This document shows, piece after piece, positions 1 to 9,694 of a stretch of DNA of 59,164 bases. A program made the position numbers and the translations under genes. How positions within the stretch are numbered: the stretch's first letter is position 1; each line of letters starts with the position of its first letter. This DNA comes from Candidatus Daviesbacteria bacterium RIFCSPHIGHO2_02_FULL_36_13 (GTDB lineage: Bacteria > Patescibacteriota > Microgenomatia > Daviesbacterales > UBA10151). The stretch is from NCBI GenBank assembly GCA_001777015.1, contig MFCV01000048.1, positions 5,341 to 64,504 of the forward strand. The letters are read 5' to 3'. The notes beneath the pieces are model-generated. The model made no database searches. It worked only from the letters and a program-made list of their open reading frames with translations, and had not been told where the DNA came from.

Positions 1-2
1 TA

Positions 3-506
3 TTTAAAAAAATTGTTGACAGCGGATATAAAAACTGGGAGTTACATTTTATTGGCAGCGTTGCAGAAGGTGAGACTCACCAGCAGTATTACGAGAAAGT
101 GGCGGAGGAATCTGTAGGGTACCCGGTTTTTTTTCATATTAATGCCCCCTTCAATCAATTAAAAAGTATTCTTTCGCAGGCTAAAATTTATTGGCATGCC
201 ACAGGATTGGACGAAGATCCCAATAGAAATCCAATCCGGTTAGAACATTTTGGCATTACAACAATTGAAGCCATGGCCTCTGGTTGTGTTCCTGTTGTAA
301 TAAATGCAGGGGGACAGACAGAAATTGTAACGGAGAAATCAGGTTATCTGTGGAACACAAGAGGGGAGCTTATTGAATATACAAAAAAATTAATGAGAAC
401 CCCTAAATTACTGAAGGAAAAAAGAGAAGGCGCAATCGAAAGAAGTAAATTTTTCAGTAAGGAAAATTTTAAAAAGAAATTACAAGAATATTTACCTAAA
501 AATTAA
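3..506 (+). CDS. GT4-family (GT-B fold) glycosyltransferase, C-terminal fragment; 5' end lies upstream of the window
   Basis: Frame is open from base 3 (FKKIVDSGYKNWELHFIGS) into the listed ORF. EAMASGCVPVVINAGGQTEIV is the GT4 EX7E-type region. Confidence 0.8.
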   Translation, partial: FKKIVDSGYKNWELHFIGSVAEGETHQQYYEKVAEESVGYPVFFHINAPFNQLKSILSQAKIYWHATGLDEDPNRNPIRLEHFGITTIEAMASGCVPVVINAGGQTEIVTEKSGYLWNTRGELIEYTKKLMRTPKLLKEKREGAIERSKFFSKENFKKKLQEYLPKN

Positions 507-2221
507 AAAGGTTTCCTTATATAAAACAAATCTTCATTAATTTTTTCTACTCCGTTTTTTATTGAAAATTCATTAATAAAATCAATTATGAAAGGTTTAA
601 GCTCCTTGATAAAGTAATACCTGTTAAATTTAACATAATCCACATTTCTGCTTATTAATTCTTCCAAAAACTCTTCAGTTTGCTGGTTTTCAATGTATTT
701 ACTAAGAGTAGCAGATAAAGCAAAATTTTCAGGGAGGTCGTATCCGCTATATCCGTTTACCAGATAGCAGCCATGTTGTATAGATGAAAATTCCATTACA
801 GTCAGATACCTTAACCCTTCATAAATGTTCGGATAAGCATCCAAGTGGGTTAACGGGAGTTCCAGCAGAACTTTTTTTTCTTTAGAGCAATTTTCCTGCA
901 GGATTTGATAATTATCCTCCTTATAGTGATATTGTTCACTTTTTACGGAAATAGGTAAATATTCCAATATAAAAATAATGAATATCGAAATAAAAATTAA
1001 TTTGTAGGATTTTTTGTTACTCAACTTGTTTAAAGTTATCAGTGAAAAGTAAATAAACCCTAAAAAGAATAGAAAACTCCACCTGACAGGGACTCTAACT
1101 GCCTCCGCCCCGGGTATAAAATTAACAACCGCGTTGTAGGGGAGAGGAATATGGGCATAATTACCATTAAAGTTAAGTCTGGGCCCCAAAGAAAATACAA
1201 GTCCTGTTATTAACAAAATCAGAAAAAAGGATTTTTCCCGATTAAGCTCCAAATTTATAGTCAACAAATGCTTGCTTCTTGTAATTTTGAATATTGTATA
1301 TATCCCCAATACAAAAATTAAGAAGCCGGGAAATGAACTGTGCGATCTCTGGTTCTTATCAAATCCGTTCCAGTACTGCATTAGGGGAGATTGATGCAAT
1401 GTTGATTTGATAGATTTAGTAAATACGTAGTCAGTTAGATGAGCAGAGTAATTAATATACTCTTCGATGTTGCGTTTTATATTGTAAGCAGCTCTCATAT
1501 CAGAATATCCCTTAATAAAAATCCCGCAACTTACTGCGAAAATCAGGAAAATTAAAGAAATACGCTTAAAAATCTCTTTATTCTGTTTTTGAAAAATCCA
1601 TTTTAAAAAATAAAAGGCTATAATTGAAAATATTAAATAGACGGCTATATAGACACTGGCCAAAAACTGAACAGTGAGAAGTAATCCGATAAGGATAAGA
1701 TTTTTCATTTGGAATTTCTCTTCCTGTTTAAAAAGGAAGTAGAAGGCAAAGAAAAATGGCCAGTATGACATCATTTGAAAATGTGATAATTCCATAAAGA
1801 AGAAAGGAGAGAAGATAACGAATAAAGATCCAAAAAAGGCAATCAAATCCTTTTTAAAAATTTGTTTCCAGAATAAAAATAATGAAATATAGTTAAGAAT
1901 AAAAGTAAAAATAAATGTTAAATTAAAACTTAATATTAGGTTTTTTGAAACAGTTAGAAATGAGAGTAGAATCAGAGCCTGAGGAAGTAATAAGTCACTA
2001 AACAGAAGTGTCATTTTATGAGGATAAAAAGCATTTGTTTCAAAAAAATTTGCAAAATCTAAATTTTGGATATGATTAATACTTTGAGACATAACCCATA
2101 TTACATAAGGATAATCCAGCCAATCTATAAGATTTGTAGAAATATTTAGGATTAGATTTCTAAAAACAAAGAGTAAAATTAAAATGAAAAGACTTAGATA
2201 GAGAAGGAATTTTTTATCCAT
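503..2221 (-). CDS. Large polytopic membrane protein with GT-C-like architecture (putative polyprenyl-phosphate-sugar dependent glycosyltransferase)
   Basis: 572 aa. Many hydrophobic helices fill the first ~3/4, followed by a soluble C-terminal domain. Acidic first-loop segment LIDWLDYPY. Sits 2 nt downstream of the GT2 gene on the same strand. Family not assignable by eye. Confidence 0.5.
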   Translation of the reverse strand: MDKKFLLYLSLFILILLFVFRNLILNISTNLIDWLDYPYVIWVMSQSINHIQNLDFANFFETNAFYPHKMTLLFSDLLLPQALILLSFLTVSKNLILSFNLTFIFTFILNYISLFLFWKQIFKKDLIAFFGSLFVIFSPFFFMELSHFQMMSYWPFFFAFYFLFKQEEKFQMKNLILIGLLLTVQFLASVYIAVYLIFSIIAFYFLKWIFQKQNKEIFKRISLIFLIFAVSCGIFIKGYSDMRAAYNIKRNIEEYINYSAHLTDYVFTKSIKSTLHQSPLMQYWNGFDKNQRSHSSFPGFLIFVLGIYTIFKITRSKHLLTINLELNREKSFFLILLITGLVFSLGPRLNFNGNYAHIPLPYNAVVNFIPGAEAVRVPVRWSFLFFLGFIYFSLITLNKLSNKKSYKLIFISIFIIFILEYLPISVKSEQYHYKEDNYQILQENCSKEKKVLLELPLTHLDAYPNIYEGLRYLTVMEFSSIQHGCYLVNGYSGYDLPENFALSATLSKYIENQQTEEFLEELISRNVDYVKFNRYYFIKELKPFIIDFINEFSIKNGVEKINEDLFYIRKPF

Positions 2222-2223
2222 GG

Positions 2224-2946
2224 TTACCCTCTGAGTAAGTTATACTTAATAATTTCCCACAAAGCTTTAACGCCATCTCTCCATCCAATCTTTTTGCCCT
2301 CACTATATGTTCTTCCCGAATAGGAGATGCCAACTTCGTAAATTTTTAATTCTTTAATCTTAGCAATTCTGGCAGTTACTTCAGGTTCGAACCCAAATCT
2401 ATGGCTCTCCAGTTTATTTGCAATTTTTCTTATTAATTCTCCTTTAAAAGCTTTAAAGCCTGTTTCCATATCAGTTAGATTTAGATTTGTCAGCATATTG
2501 GATAAAACAGTAAGAAAAAGATTAATTTGATAATGCCAAAAGTATAAAACCCTGTGTGGTCTATTGGATATAAATCGGGAACCATAAACCACATCTGCAG
2601 CATTTTTTAGAAAGGGCTCAAGCATTATTGGGTAGTCATCAGGGTTATATTCCAAATCTGCATCTTGAACTAATACAATATCCCCTGTAGATTTGCTAAA
2701 CCCATCTTTTAACGCTGCGCCTTTTCCCTGATTTTTATTTTTAAAGATGGTGCTGATTTTAACTGAGCCTGTATATTTAGTTATAAAATCTTTAATTCTC
2801 TCAGGAGTTTTATCTGTAGAACCATCATCCACAATAATTATTTCCTTTTCAAGTTTCATGCTGTTTGCAGAGGAAATAACAGTTAAAGCTTGTTGTATGA
2901 ATTGCTCTTCGTTATATACGGGAATTACGATTGATAGTTTTTTCAC
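2224..2946 (-). CDS. GT2 glycosyltransferase, Ppm1/DPM1/GtrB-like polyprenyl-phosphate hexose synthase
   Basis: N-terminus KLSIVIPVYNEE, DDGSTDKT, QDADLEYNPDDY (DXD region), GSRF, RFGFEPE. 240 aa and soluble. Start codon is GTG (plus-strand cac at 2944-2946). Confidence 0.75.
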   Translation of the reverse strand: MKKLSIVIPVYNEEQFIQQALTVISSANSMKLEKEIIIVDDGSTDKTPERIKDFITKYTGSVKISTIFKNKNQGKGAALKDGFSKSTGDIVLVQDADLEYNPDDYPIMLEPFLKNAADVVYGSRFISNRPHRVLYFWHYQINLFLTVLSNMLTNLNLTDMETGFKAFKGELIRKIANKLESHRFGFEPEVTARIAKIKELKIYEVGISYSGRTYSEGKKIGWRDGVKALWEIIKYNLLRG

Positions 2947-2989
2947 TCCTTAATATTAAATTATGGGTAATGAATGGTCAATGGTGAGG

Positions 2990-2998
2990 TGGTATTAT
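2990..2998 (+). promoter_or_regulatory. Extended -10 promoter element TGgTATTAT, 6 nt upstream of ATG 3005 (leaderless-type arrangement)
   Basis: Read directly: tggtattat-tagaat-ATG. No Shine-Dalgarno sequence is possible in the gap. Confidence 0.5.
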
Positions 2999-3004
2999 TA
3001 GAAT

Positions 3005-4684
3005 ATGGTAAATGAACAAAGTTCTTCTATGAATAAAATATTTTCTTGGTTAATGAGTCATAAGGAGGTAGTAGTGCTTTTGGGATGTACAGTCCTTTTC
3101 CTACTGCTTATCTTTAAAGATCCGTTTTCGGAGAGAACTTTAATACCAAACTTTGAGCCGTATCCGGATACTCTATTTTACATAGTAAAACCATTAAATT
3201 TTCTAAAGGGTGAAGGCTTTAATTTTAGCAGAGAAGGGAGACTTGCCTACAATTTGACTCCACCTTTGTACTCTATAGCATTAATTCCTTTTTTTGCAAT
3301 AAATCCTGATCCCAGAATGGCATATTTTGCAAACATTTTTCTATCTTTAATTTCGGTAGGACTTTTTTTCTTAATTGTGAAAAAGATCACAAACAATATA
3401 TGGCTAACATGCTTAGTACTATTTTTGTACATTACCAACTACTTTTTGTATTTCATGCCAACTCTAGTAATGGCGGAAAATTTAATTCTTCCCTTATATT
3501 TAACGGCAGTATTTCTTTTAATAAGAAATAATACTCCCGCTTTTTTTATCCTCTTGGGAGTCCTTAGTGTTTGTATATATGCAACCAAGGGGGCTAATGT
3601 TCCTATTTCTGCAATGATTTTGATTTTATCAGCTATCAAAATAGTTATATCGCAATCTAAAAATACTCTCAAGATAAAATCCTTTTCGTATTTACTAGTT
3701 GGTTTTTCTGTATCCTTTATCCTTTATTCATTATTTTTTTATTACGTAACTAATTCCAATATTCTGGGGCCTCTATTGGAATATTTTGGACTAGCAAAGG
3801 AGGCAATAACTCCTAAGGCGGATGAAATTACAGCTGCTGCTTCTGCAGGTGGATGGATATCATTTAGTTATGCTAGTAAAAATTTTCCTTTATATTTAAG
3901 CTCTCTTCTTGGGGATTCCCAAAGATTTCTTTGGGACAACACCCCACTTGTTCCTAAGTATATCGCTTTCCTATCCCTGGCAGGACTTATCTTGGGGGTA
4001 ATTACAAAAAGATTCCGATTTTTAAGCGTTTCTTTAATTCTTATGATTGTAAGTTCTATCGGATTTTTACTTACCTTTTATGCTTTTGATGCAAGATATA
4101 TTTATATCGCTATACCGTCACTTTTAATTGGTTTTTCTATTCTTATCGCTTCCTTGTTTAATTTATTTAAGGCAGTAAAATACAAGAGGATTATTTTCTT
4201 AATGATTATATTATTTTTTGGTTTTTATGTTTTTAACAATGCTTTAAGAATTAAAAATCAAATTAGTCTAAATTTAAAATACGCTGAAACTCCATGGTAC
4301 TATATTTCTGTTTTAAAGCTTAATGAATACTTTACAGATGATAAAGTTATAGATGGAAAAAAACCCGTTGTGATTTCAGCTCTACCTCCTTTTTTGGTAG
4401 ATTTTTACTCTAATGGTAACTATACTTTACTACCGCTTTCGTACGAACAAGAGTTTAGAAGCGCAAAAGAAATAACATGGGGGCCTAATGATTATACGGA
4501 TCTGCCGAAATTGTATACAAAATATATAAAAGAAGGTTATGACGTTTATGTATCAAGGTATGGTTTAGGAAACGAGGTATATACAAATAGGGATTTTGAA
4601 ATCATCATGAAGGAATTTCAGTTAGATTTAGTTTGGCCAGGATGCTATGAACAATGTAATATATACACAGTTGGATTAAAATAA
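3005..4684 (+). CDS. Polytopic membrane protein with GT-C-like architecture
   Basis: 559 aa. Multi-helix N-terminal ~430 aa and a soluble C-terminal ~130 aa. Lies in the glycan locus. An alternative start at ATG 3029 (MNKIFSW) is possible. Confidence 0.5.
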   Translation: MVNEQSSSMNKIFSWLMSHKEVVVLLGCTVLFLLLIFKDPFSERTLIPNFEPYPDTLFYIVKPLNFLKGEGFNFSREGRLAYNLTPPLYSIALIPFFAINPDPRMAYFANIFLSLISVGLFFLIVKKITNNIWLTCLVLFLYITNYFLYFMPTLVMAENLILPLYLTAVFLLIRNNTPAFFILLGVLSVCIYATKGANVPISAMILILSAIKIVISQSKNTLKIKSFSYLLVGFSVSFILYSLFFYYVTNSNILGPLLEYFGLAKEAITPKADEITAAASAGGWISFSYASKNFPLYLSSLLGDSQRFLWDNTPLVPKYIAFLSLAGLILGVITKRFRFLSVSLILMIVSSIGFLLTFYAFDARYIYIAIPSLLIGFSILIASLFNLFKAVKYKRIIFLMIILFFGFYVFNNALRIKNQISLNLKYAETPWYYISVLKLNEYFTDDKVIDGKKPVVISALPPFLVDFYSNGNYTLLPLSYEQEFRSAKEITWGPNDYTDLPKLYTKYIKEGYDVYVSRYGLGNEVYTNRDFEIIMKEFQLDLVWPGCYEQCNIYTVGLK

Positions 4685-4696
4685 TATGATAAACAT

Positions 4697-5728
4697 ATGA
4701 GTGAACAAAGTTCTTTTGCAAATAAAATTTTAATTACTGGTGCGGGGGGGTACATAGGTTCCATAGCAACATCTGTGTTGCTTGACGAAGGATTTGAAAT
4801 TGTGGCGGTTGATAATTTCTCTACTGGTTACAGACAGCCTTTAGAAATTCTACAGAAAAAATATGGTGAAGAGAAACTGCGTTTTTATGATATAGATTTA
4901 ACAAAAGACGATATCTCGTCTATTTTTGATAAAGAGCAGGGGATAGATGCAGTAATTCACTATGCTGCACATTGTTTGGTAGATGAATCGATGAAGAATC
5001 CGCATAAGCATTTTTATAACAATATTTGCGGTACTTTAAATTTAATATCCTCAATGAATAAAGCTGGAGTTAAAAATCTAGTATTTTCCTCAACTTGTGC
5101 AGTTTATGGTCAATCAAAGTATATACCTATAGATGAAGATCATCCAAAGGAGCCACTGAGCCCTTATGGAGAATCGAAAAAAATATCTGAAGATATAATT
5201 ACTTGGTTCTCTAAACTAAAAGGATTAAATTTTGTCATTCTAAGATATTTTAATGTTTGTGGGGCATCTGATGATGGATTAATTGGTGATGCTAAAAAAC
5301 CGTCCCCTCATTTAGTTCAAAACACAGTAAGAGGAGCCTTGGGTATAGAACCATTCATCCTTACCTATCCGGAAGTTGATACAGAAGATAAAAGTCCAAT
5401 AAGGGATTATATTAATGTGGTCGATTTAAATTTAGCCCATAAAAAAGCAGTGGAGTATTTATTAAACGGGGGAGAAAGCGAGTTTATAAATTTAGGAACA
5501 GGCAAAGGAAATTCGGTATTAGAAATAATCAATATTGTCAAAAAAGTAACAGGAGTAGAATTTGAGGTATCAAGGGGAAATTTAAGGGAGGGGGATCCTG
5601 CTAGACTGGTGGCTTCAATAGAAAAAGCTAAAAGAATTCTGGATTGGGAACCAAAAAGAACAATAGAGGATTCTATTAATAGTTTAATTTCCTGGTACAA
5701 AAATAATCCCCAGGGTTGGAAGAAGTAA
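4697..5728 (+). CDS. galE: UDP-glucose 4-epimerase
   Basis: ILITGAGGYIGS Rossmann motif, SSTCAVYG, catalytic YGESK, 343 aa. Has an unusual ~8-aa N-terminal extension, MSEQSSFA. Confidence 0.9.
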   Translation: MSEQSSFANKILITGAGGYIGSIATSVLLDEGFEIVAVDNFSTGYRQPLEILQKKYGEEKLRFYDIDLTKDDISSIFDKEQGIDAVIHYAAHCLVDESMKNPHKHFYNNICGTLNLISSMNKAGVKNLVFSSTCAVYGQSKYIPIDEDHPKEPLSPYGESKKISEDIITWFSKLKGLNFVILRYFNVCGASDDGLIGDAKKPSPHLVQNTVRGALGIEPFILTYPEVDTEDKSPIRDYINVVDLNLAHKKAVEYLLNGGESEFINLGTGKGNSVLEIINIVKKVTGVEFEVSRGNLREGDPARLVASIEKAKRILDWEPKRTIEDSINSLISWYKNNPQGWKK

Positions 5729-6768
5729 TGAAGTTTGTTTTTTCCGTCTTTCTAATTTGGCGTCTGCTTCTATTTATAAGTACAGGTGAGTTTTCGCTTT
5801 CGTCTTGGGCTAATTTTGATGGTATTCATTATCTATCCATAGCTGCCAATGGCTATACCTTTGATGGAAGATTTCTACCCTTATACCCTTATTTAATAAA
5901 GATTTTTTCGACCCCCTTTAATTTTCCGGATATGTATCTTTACTCAGGTTTGTTTGTATCAAATATTTCTTTCCTGCTGTCTTTAATGCTTTTTTATAAA
6001 TTAGTAAAGGAGGATTATTCAGAAAAAGTAGCAAAAGAGTCATTAATTTGGATGTTAATTTTTCCTACTTCATTTTTCTTTGTCAGTGTATATTCGGAAA
6101 GCTTATTTTTGTTTCTAACCTTACTATCTTTCTACTTTGCTCAAAAAAGTAAATGGGTATTTGCATCTATTGCAGGGTTTTTCTTAGGTATAACAAGACT
6201 CACCGGAATGTTTATACTACCTTCATTAATTTATGAATTTCTTAAAAAAGAAAAATCTAATCCTCTTAAAATTTTTCCTCTATTTTTAATTCCGGCAGGA
6301 TTAATTTCTTTTGCGGTATTTTGTTTTTATAAATGGGGAGATGCACTTTACTTTATTAAAGCCCACGGCGATTTAGGCAATTCACGATCGGTAGATTCAG
6401 TGGTTTTTCCATTACAGACAGTATATCGGTATAGTAAAATACTATTTACAGTGCCTCCCGGTCAATTTGAGTATTGGATAGCTCTTTTAGAACTTAGTGT
6501 TTTTATAGCTGTTTCCTTTCTTATATATTTAGGATGGAAGAAGAAACTGAATCCCAGCTGGCTTATTTTTTCTTTGCTAACCTTTTTGCTGCCATCTTTT
6601 TCAGGAACTTTTTCTGGTTTGCCCAGATATGTAATTACAATTTTTCCAATTTTTATTGTTTTAGCATTGATTAAAAACCGTTTGTTTAAAATATCTTATG
6701 GGCTTATTTCACCTGTTTTACTACTTCTATTATTGGTACTTTTCTCAAGAGGTTATTTTGTTGCATAG
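5728..6768 (+). CDS. PIG-V/mannosyltransferase-like polytopic membrane protein (GT-C type)
   Basis: Motif WANFDGIHYLSIAANGY near the N-terminus; all-helical membrane protein. Start placed at the ATG overlapping the galE stop (TAATG); the track start, TTG 5716, is in frame. Paralog at 52191-53225. Confidence 0.65.
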   Translation: MKFVFSVFLIWRLLLFISTGEFSLSSWANFDGIHYLSIAANGYTFDGRFLPLYPYLIKIFSTPFNFPDMYLYSGLFVSNISFLLSLMLFYKLVKEDYSEKVAKESLIWMLIFPTSFFFVSVYSESLFLFLTLLSFYFAQKSKWVFASIAGFFLGITRLTGMFILPSLIYEFLKKEKSNPLKIFPLFLIPAGLISFAVFCFYKWGDALYFIKAHGDLGNSRSVDSVVFPLQTVYRYSKILFTVPPGQFEYWIALLELSVFIAVSFLIYLGWKKKLNPSWLIFSLLTFLLPSFSGTFSGLPRYVITIFPIFIVLALIKNRLFKISYGLISPVLLLLLLVLFSRGYFVA

Positions 6769-6777
6769 TAAGGTTAT

Positions 6778-8193
6778 ATGATTTTATTCGTTTTGTTTTT
6801 AGCCTTTGTTTTGAGATTTATTAATCTGGATCAAAGTTTATGGTTTGATGAAGCCATCAATGTGGTATATGCAAAGTCTAATGATTTTTGGTGGTTTGTA
6901 ACAAAGTATCCAATTGGTGATTTTCATCCTCCCTTATATTTTGCAGTTATCTGGCTCTGGGGACACATATTTTCTTTTGGAGAATTTGTTATTAGAATAC
7001 CTTCGGTATTATTTGGTATTGCAACTATATTTCTGACCTATTTAATAGGTAGAAAATTATTCTCAAAAAATATAGGATTAATTGCTGCGTTATTTTTATC
7101 TCTAGCTCCTTTGCATATTTATTATTCACAAGAAGCCAGGATGTATTCATTAGCTGCATTTTCAGCAGCTTTCTCAAGCTATTTTCTTTTAAAATTATTA
7201 GAAAAGGAAAAGTTTGCCCTTTTTGGATATTCTTTCTCTGTAGCTTTAGTTTTATATTCAGATTATCTTTCCTACCTTATTCTTCCTGCACATTTACTGT
7301 TTGTTTTTATTTATTACAAAAGTATATTCAATAAATATCTTTTGTCATTGTTTCTTGGGGTTTGTTCTATTATTCCTTGGCTGTTTGTTTTTCCAGGCCA
7401 GCTTAAAAGTGGAATTGAAAAATCCGCTATGATAGGCGGCTGGAGAGAGGTGGTAGGAGGATTGGGTGTTAAAGAGGTATTATTACTCCCAGTTAAAATT
7501 CTAATTGGTAGGATAACTTTTGAGAATAAATTAATATATGCAATCTTATTATTCCTAATATCCTTGCCGCATATAATTGGTTTTAAGAAAATACTAAGCT
7601 TTTTGAGTGAGAAAGTGAACTATCTTTTGTTATGGTTATTTATACCTGTAATTTCAGCACTGATACTTTCTTTGTTTATGCCAGTTTTTAGTTATTTTAG
7701 ATTACTTTTTATTCTCCCGGCGTTTTATATTCTTTTGGCTTTTGCTTTAGATAAATATAAACATAAGATAAAACTAATATTAATTACCTTAATAATATTT
7801 TTTGAAATTATTACTTCGGGTGTATATCTTCTAAATTCTCAGTTTCACCGTGAAGATTGGAGATCTGCTGTAAGTTTGATAAATAATAGAAGTAATATAC
7901 AAACACTTGTCTTACACAAAAATAGCGAGATACCAGCCCCATTTAAATACTACCAATTAAATTCCATTCAAAGTATAGCTGTTTTTAAGAAGATTCCGGT
8001 ACATTCCTCAAGTGATTTCGTTAATTTGGAGGAAACTTTAATGCAATTTAATAAAATTTTTATCTTTAATTATTTAGTGGATATTACAGACCCAAACAGA
8101 GTTTTAGAAAAAGAAATAGAAAGACTTGGATTCAAAAAGATTAAAGATTATGATTTTAGAGGAGTAGGATTTATTTATGAATTTGAAAAGTAG
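6778..8193 (+). CDS. GT39/ArnT/PMT-like membrane glycosyltransferase (GT-C)
   Basis: First-loop motif LWFDEAINVVYA, YSQEARMY, many TM helices, 471 aa. Confidence 0.65.
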   Translation: MILFVLFLAFVLRFINLDQSLWFDEAINVVYAKSNDFWWFVTKYPIGDFHPPLYFAVIWLWGHIFSFGEFVIRIPSVLFGIATIFLTYLIGRKLFSKNIGLIAALFLSLAPLHIYYSQEARMYSLAAFSAAFSSYFLLKLLEKEKFALFGYSFSVALVLYSDYLSYLILPAHLLFVFIYYKSIFNKYLLSLFLGVCSIIPWLFVFPGQLKSGIEKSAMIGGWREVVGGLGVKEVLLLPVKILIGRITFENKLIYAILLFLISLPHIIGFKKILSFLSEKVNYLLLWLFIPVISALILSLFMPVFSYFRLLFILPAFYILLAFALDKYKHKIKLILITLIIFFEIITSGVYLLNSQFHREDWRSAVSLINNRSNIQTLVLHKNSEIPAPFKYYQLNSIQSIAVFKKIPVHSSSDFVNLEETLMQFNKIFIFNYLVDITDPNRVLEKEIERLGFKKIKDYDFRGVGFIYEFEK

Positions 8194-9694
8194 CAACATT
8201 ATTCTTCTTCTCATTTTTTTTCTGGCCCTGGTGATTAGATTTCTATATTTTCCTAATAATACTTATTTTGGTTTTGATCAAGCTAGGGATGCGTACGCTG
8301 TAAGAGAAATAATGGGTGGTGATCTTAAGATTGTAGGTCCTCCAACTGCAGCTCAAATTATTCATCACGGGGTTTTGTATTACTATATATTTTCTCCACT
8401 TTATTTTTTATCCGGAGGAGATCCCACTTTAGTTTCTTTGTTTTTAAGGGTGTTAAATTCTGTAGGAATCTTCCTAGTTTTCTTAATTGTTTTTCCCTTG
8501 TTTGGTAGGGTTGTAGCGCTTATAGCGGCATTTCTTTTTGCAGTCTCCTATGAACAAACTCAATTTGCACTTTTTCTTAATCATCCTTCACTGGCTGTAA
8601 TATCAGTCTTAATTTTTTATTTAGGTTTATCAACCTGGCTTTTTAGAAAAAAAAACTGGGGGTTATTACTTGCCATTTTTGGATTCGGTTTATCAATTCA
8701 ATTTGAATTTGTAGAAATACAGCTGTTGGGAGTTTTTATTCTATTCTTGCTTTTATTTAAAAATCATCTTCCTAAAATTACACCTAAAAATTTAGCGATT
8801 TCCTTAGTTGTGTTTTTAATTCCCTTATCTTCATATGTGTTCGTTGAAATAAAGAACAATTTTAGGTTCATAAGTATTATACCAAGTTTAATGCTTAACT
8901 CTGCCGGCTCAAATCCAGGTAGCAGTGTTTCAGAGTTTATATTTTTTATAAATCGTTATTTTCATGATAACCTTATCGCCAGTAATTTTCTTGCCCCCAT
9001 ATTGGCGATAGCTTTCCTAATTATATTAATCAAGTTATTTATCTTAAACCGTTCCAGATCACAACTTACTTTTTTAAGTTTTTGGTTTTTTGGAGGTCTT
9101 TTGGTATATTTTTTTATCAACAATGATGGATATTTTTATAATACAGGAACATCAATTGCGCTTTTGATATTTGCTGCATTCTTAATATCAAAATTACATG
9201 CTAAGAGTAAATTATTAGCATTCTCACTTTTATTTTTAATACTTCTTTCTAATATGTACTTAATAACTAAAAACAATCCTTTAGGCCCTAATCAAAAAAT
9301 AAACCCACAAATAGGACTACTTCTAAAGGATCAACAGAGGGTTTTGGATTTTATTTACCAATCTGCCAGTGGGGAGGATTTTGCTGTAAATGCTCTCACA
9401 ATGCCATATAATGTGAATACTACCTGGAGTTATTTGTTTGAGTGGTATGGTAAGAAAAAATATGGATATGTTCCTGTTTGGGGTGGAGATGCGGCAGAAG
9501 GATTTCCGGGAAATTTAAAAGTAGAGACTGCTAGAAGTAAATTGCCTGATAAGCGTTTTCTAATTATAGAGCCAAATGAGGGGATACCAAGTTACCTAAG
9601 AGATAGTTTTATTGCAAACGAGGAAAATTATAACAAAACAATTGAAAAGAAAAAAATAGGTACAATGGAAATATGGGTACAACAACCGAGATGA
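8177..9694 (+). CDS. GT-C-like polytopic membrane protein (ArnT-like), tandem paralog 1
   Basis: FGFDQARDAYAVREI...IVGPP first-loop motif; TM-rich with a soluble C-terminal domain. Overlaps the upstream gene by 17 nt. Confidence 0.55.
   Translation: MNLKSSNIILLLIFFLALVIRFLYFPNNTYFGFDQARDAYAVREIMGGDLKIVGPPTAAQIIHHGVLYYYIFSPLYFLSGGDPTLVSLFLRVLNSVGIFLVFLIVFPLFGRVVALIAAFLFAVSYEQTQFALFLNHPSLAVISVLIFYLGLSTWLFRKKNWGLLLAIFGFGLSIQFEFVEIQLLGVFILFLLLFKNHLPKITPKNLAISLVVFLIPLSSYVFVEIKNNFRFISIIPSLMLNSAGSNPGSSVSEFIFFINRYFHDNLIASNFLAPILAIAFLIILIKLFILNRSRSQLTFLSFWFFGGLLVYFFINNDGYFYNTGTSIALLIFAAFLISKLHAKSKLLAFSLLFLILLSNMYLITKNNPLGPNQKINPQIGLLLKDQQRVLDFIYQSASGEDFAVNALTMPYNVNTTWSYLFEWYGKKKYGYVPVWGGDAAEGFPGNLKVETARSKLPDKRFLIIEPNEGIPSYLRDSFIANEENYNKTIEKKKIGTMEIWVQQPR

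Noticed and set aside
2963-2992. ATGG-rich stretch (tatgggtaatgaatggtcaatggtgaggtgg) resembling the mraZ-upstream boxes
   Set aside because: Box spacing is irregular (11 and 7 nt) rather than 10-bp phased. Only one unit (atggtga) matches the mraZ boxes. It is more simply explained as part of the divergent promoter region.
7842-7855. parS-like sequence gtttcaccgtgaag inside the GT39-like CDS
   Set aside because: The half-sites are separated by an extra central base and the right half deviates (gtgaag versus gtgaaac), so it is not the 16-bp parS palindrome. It is probably a coincidence inside coding sequence.
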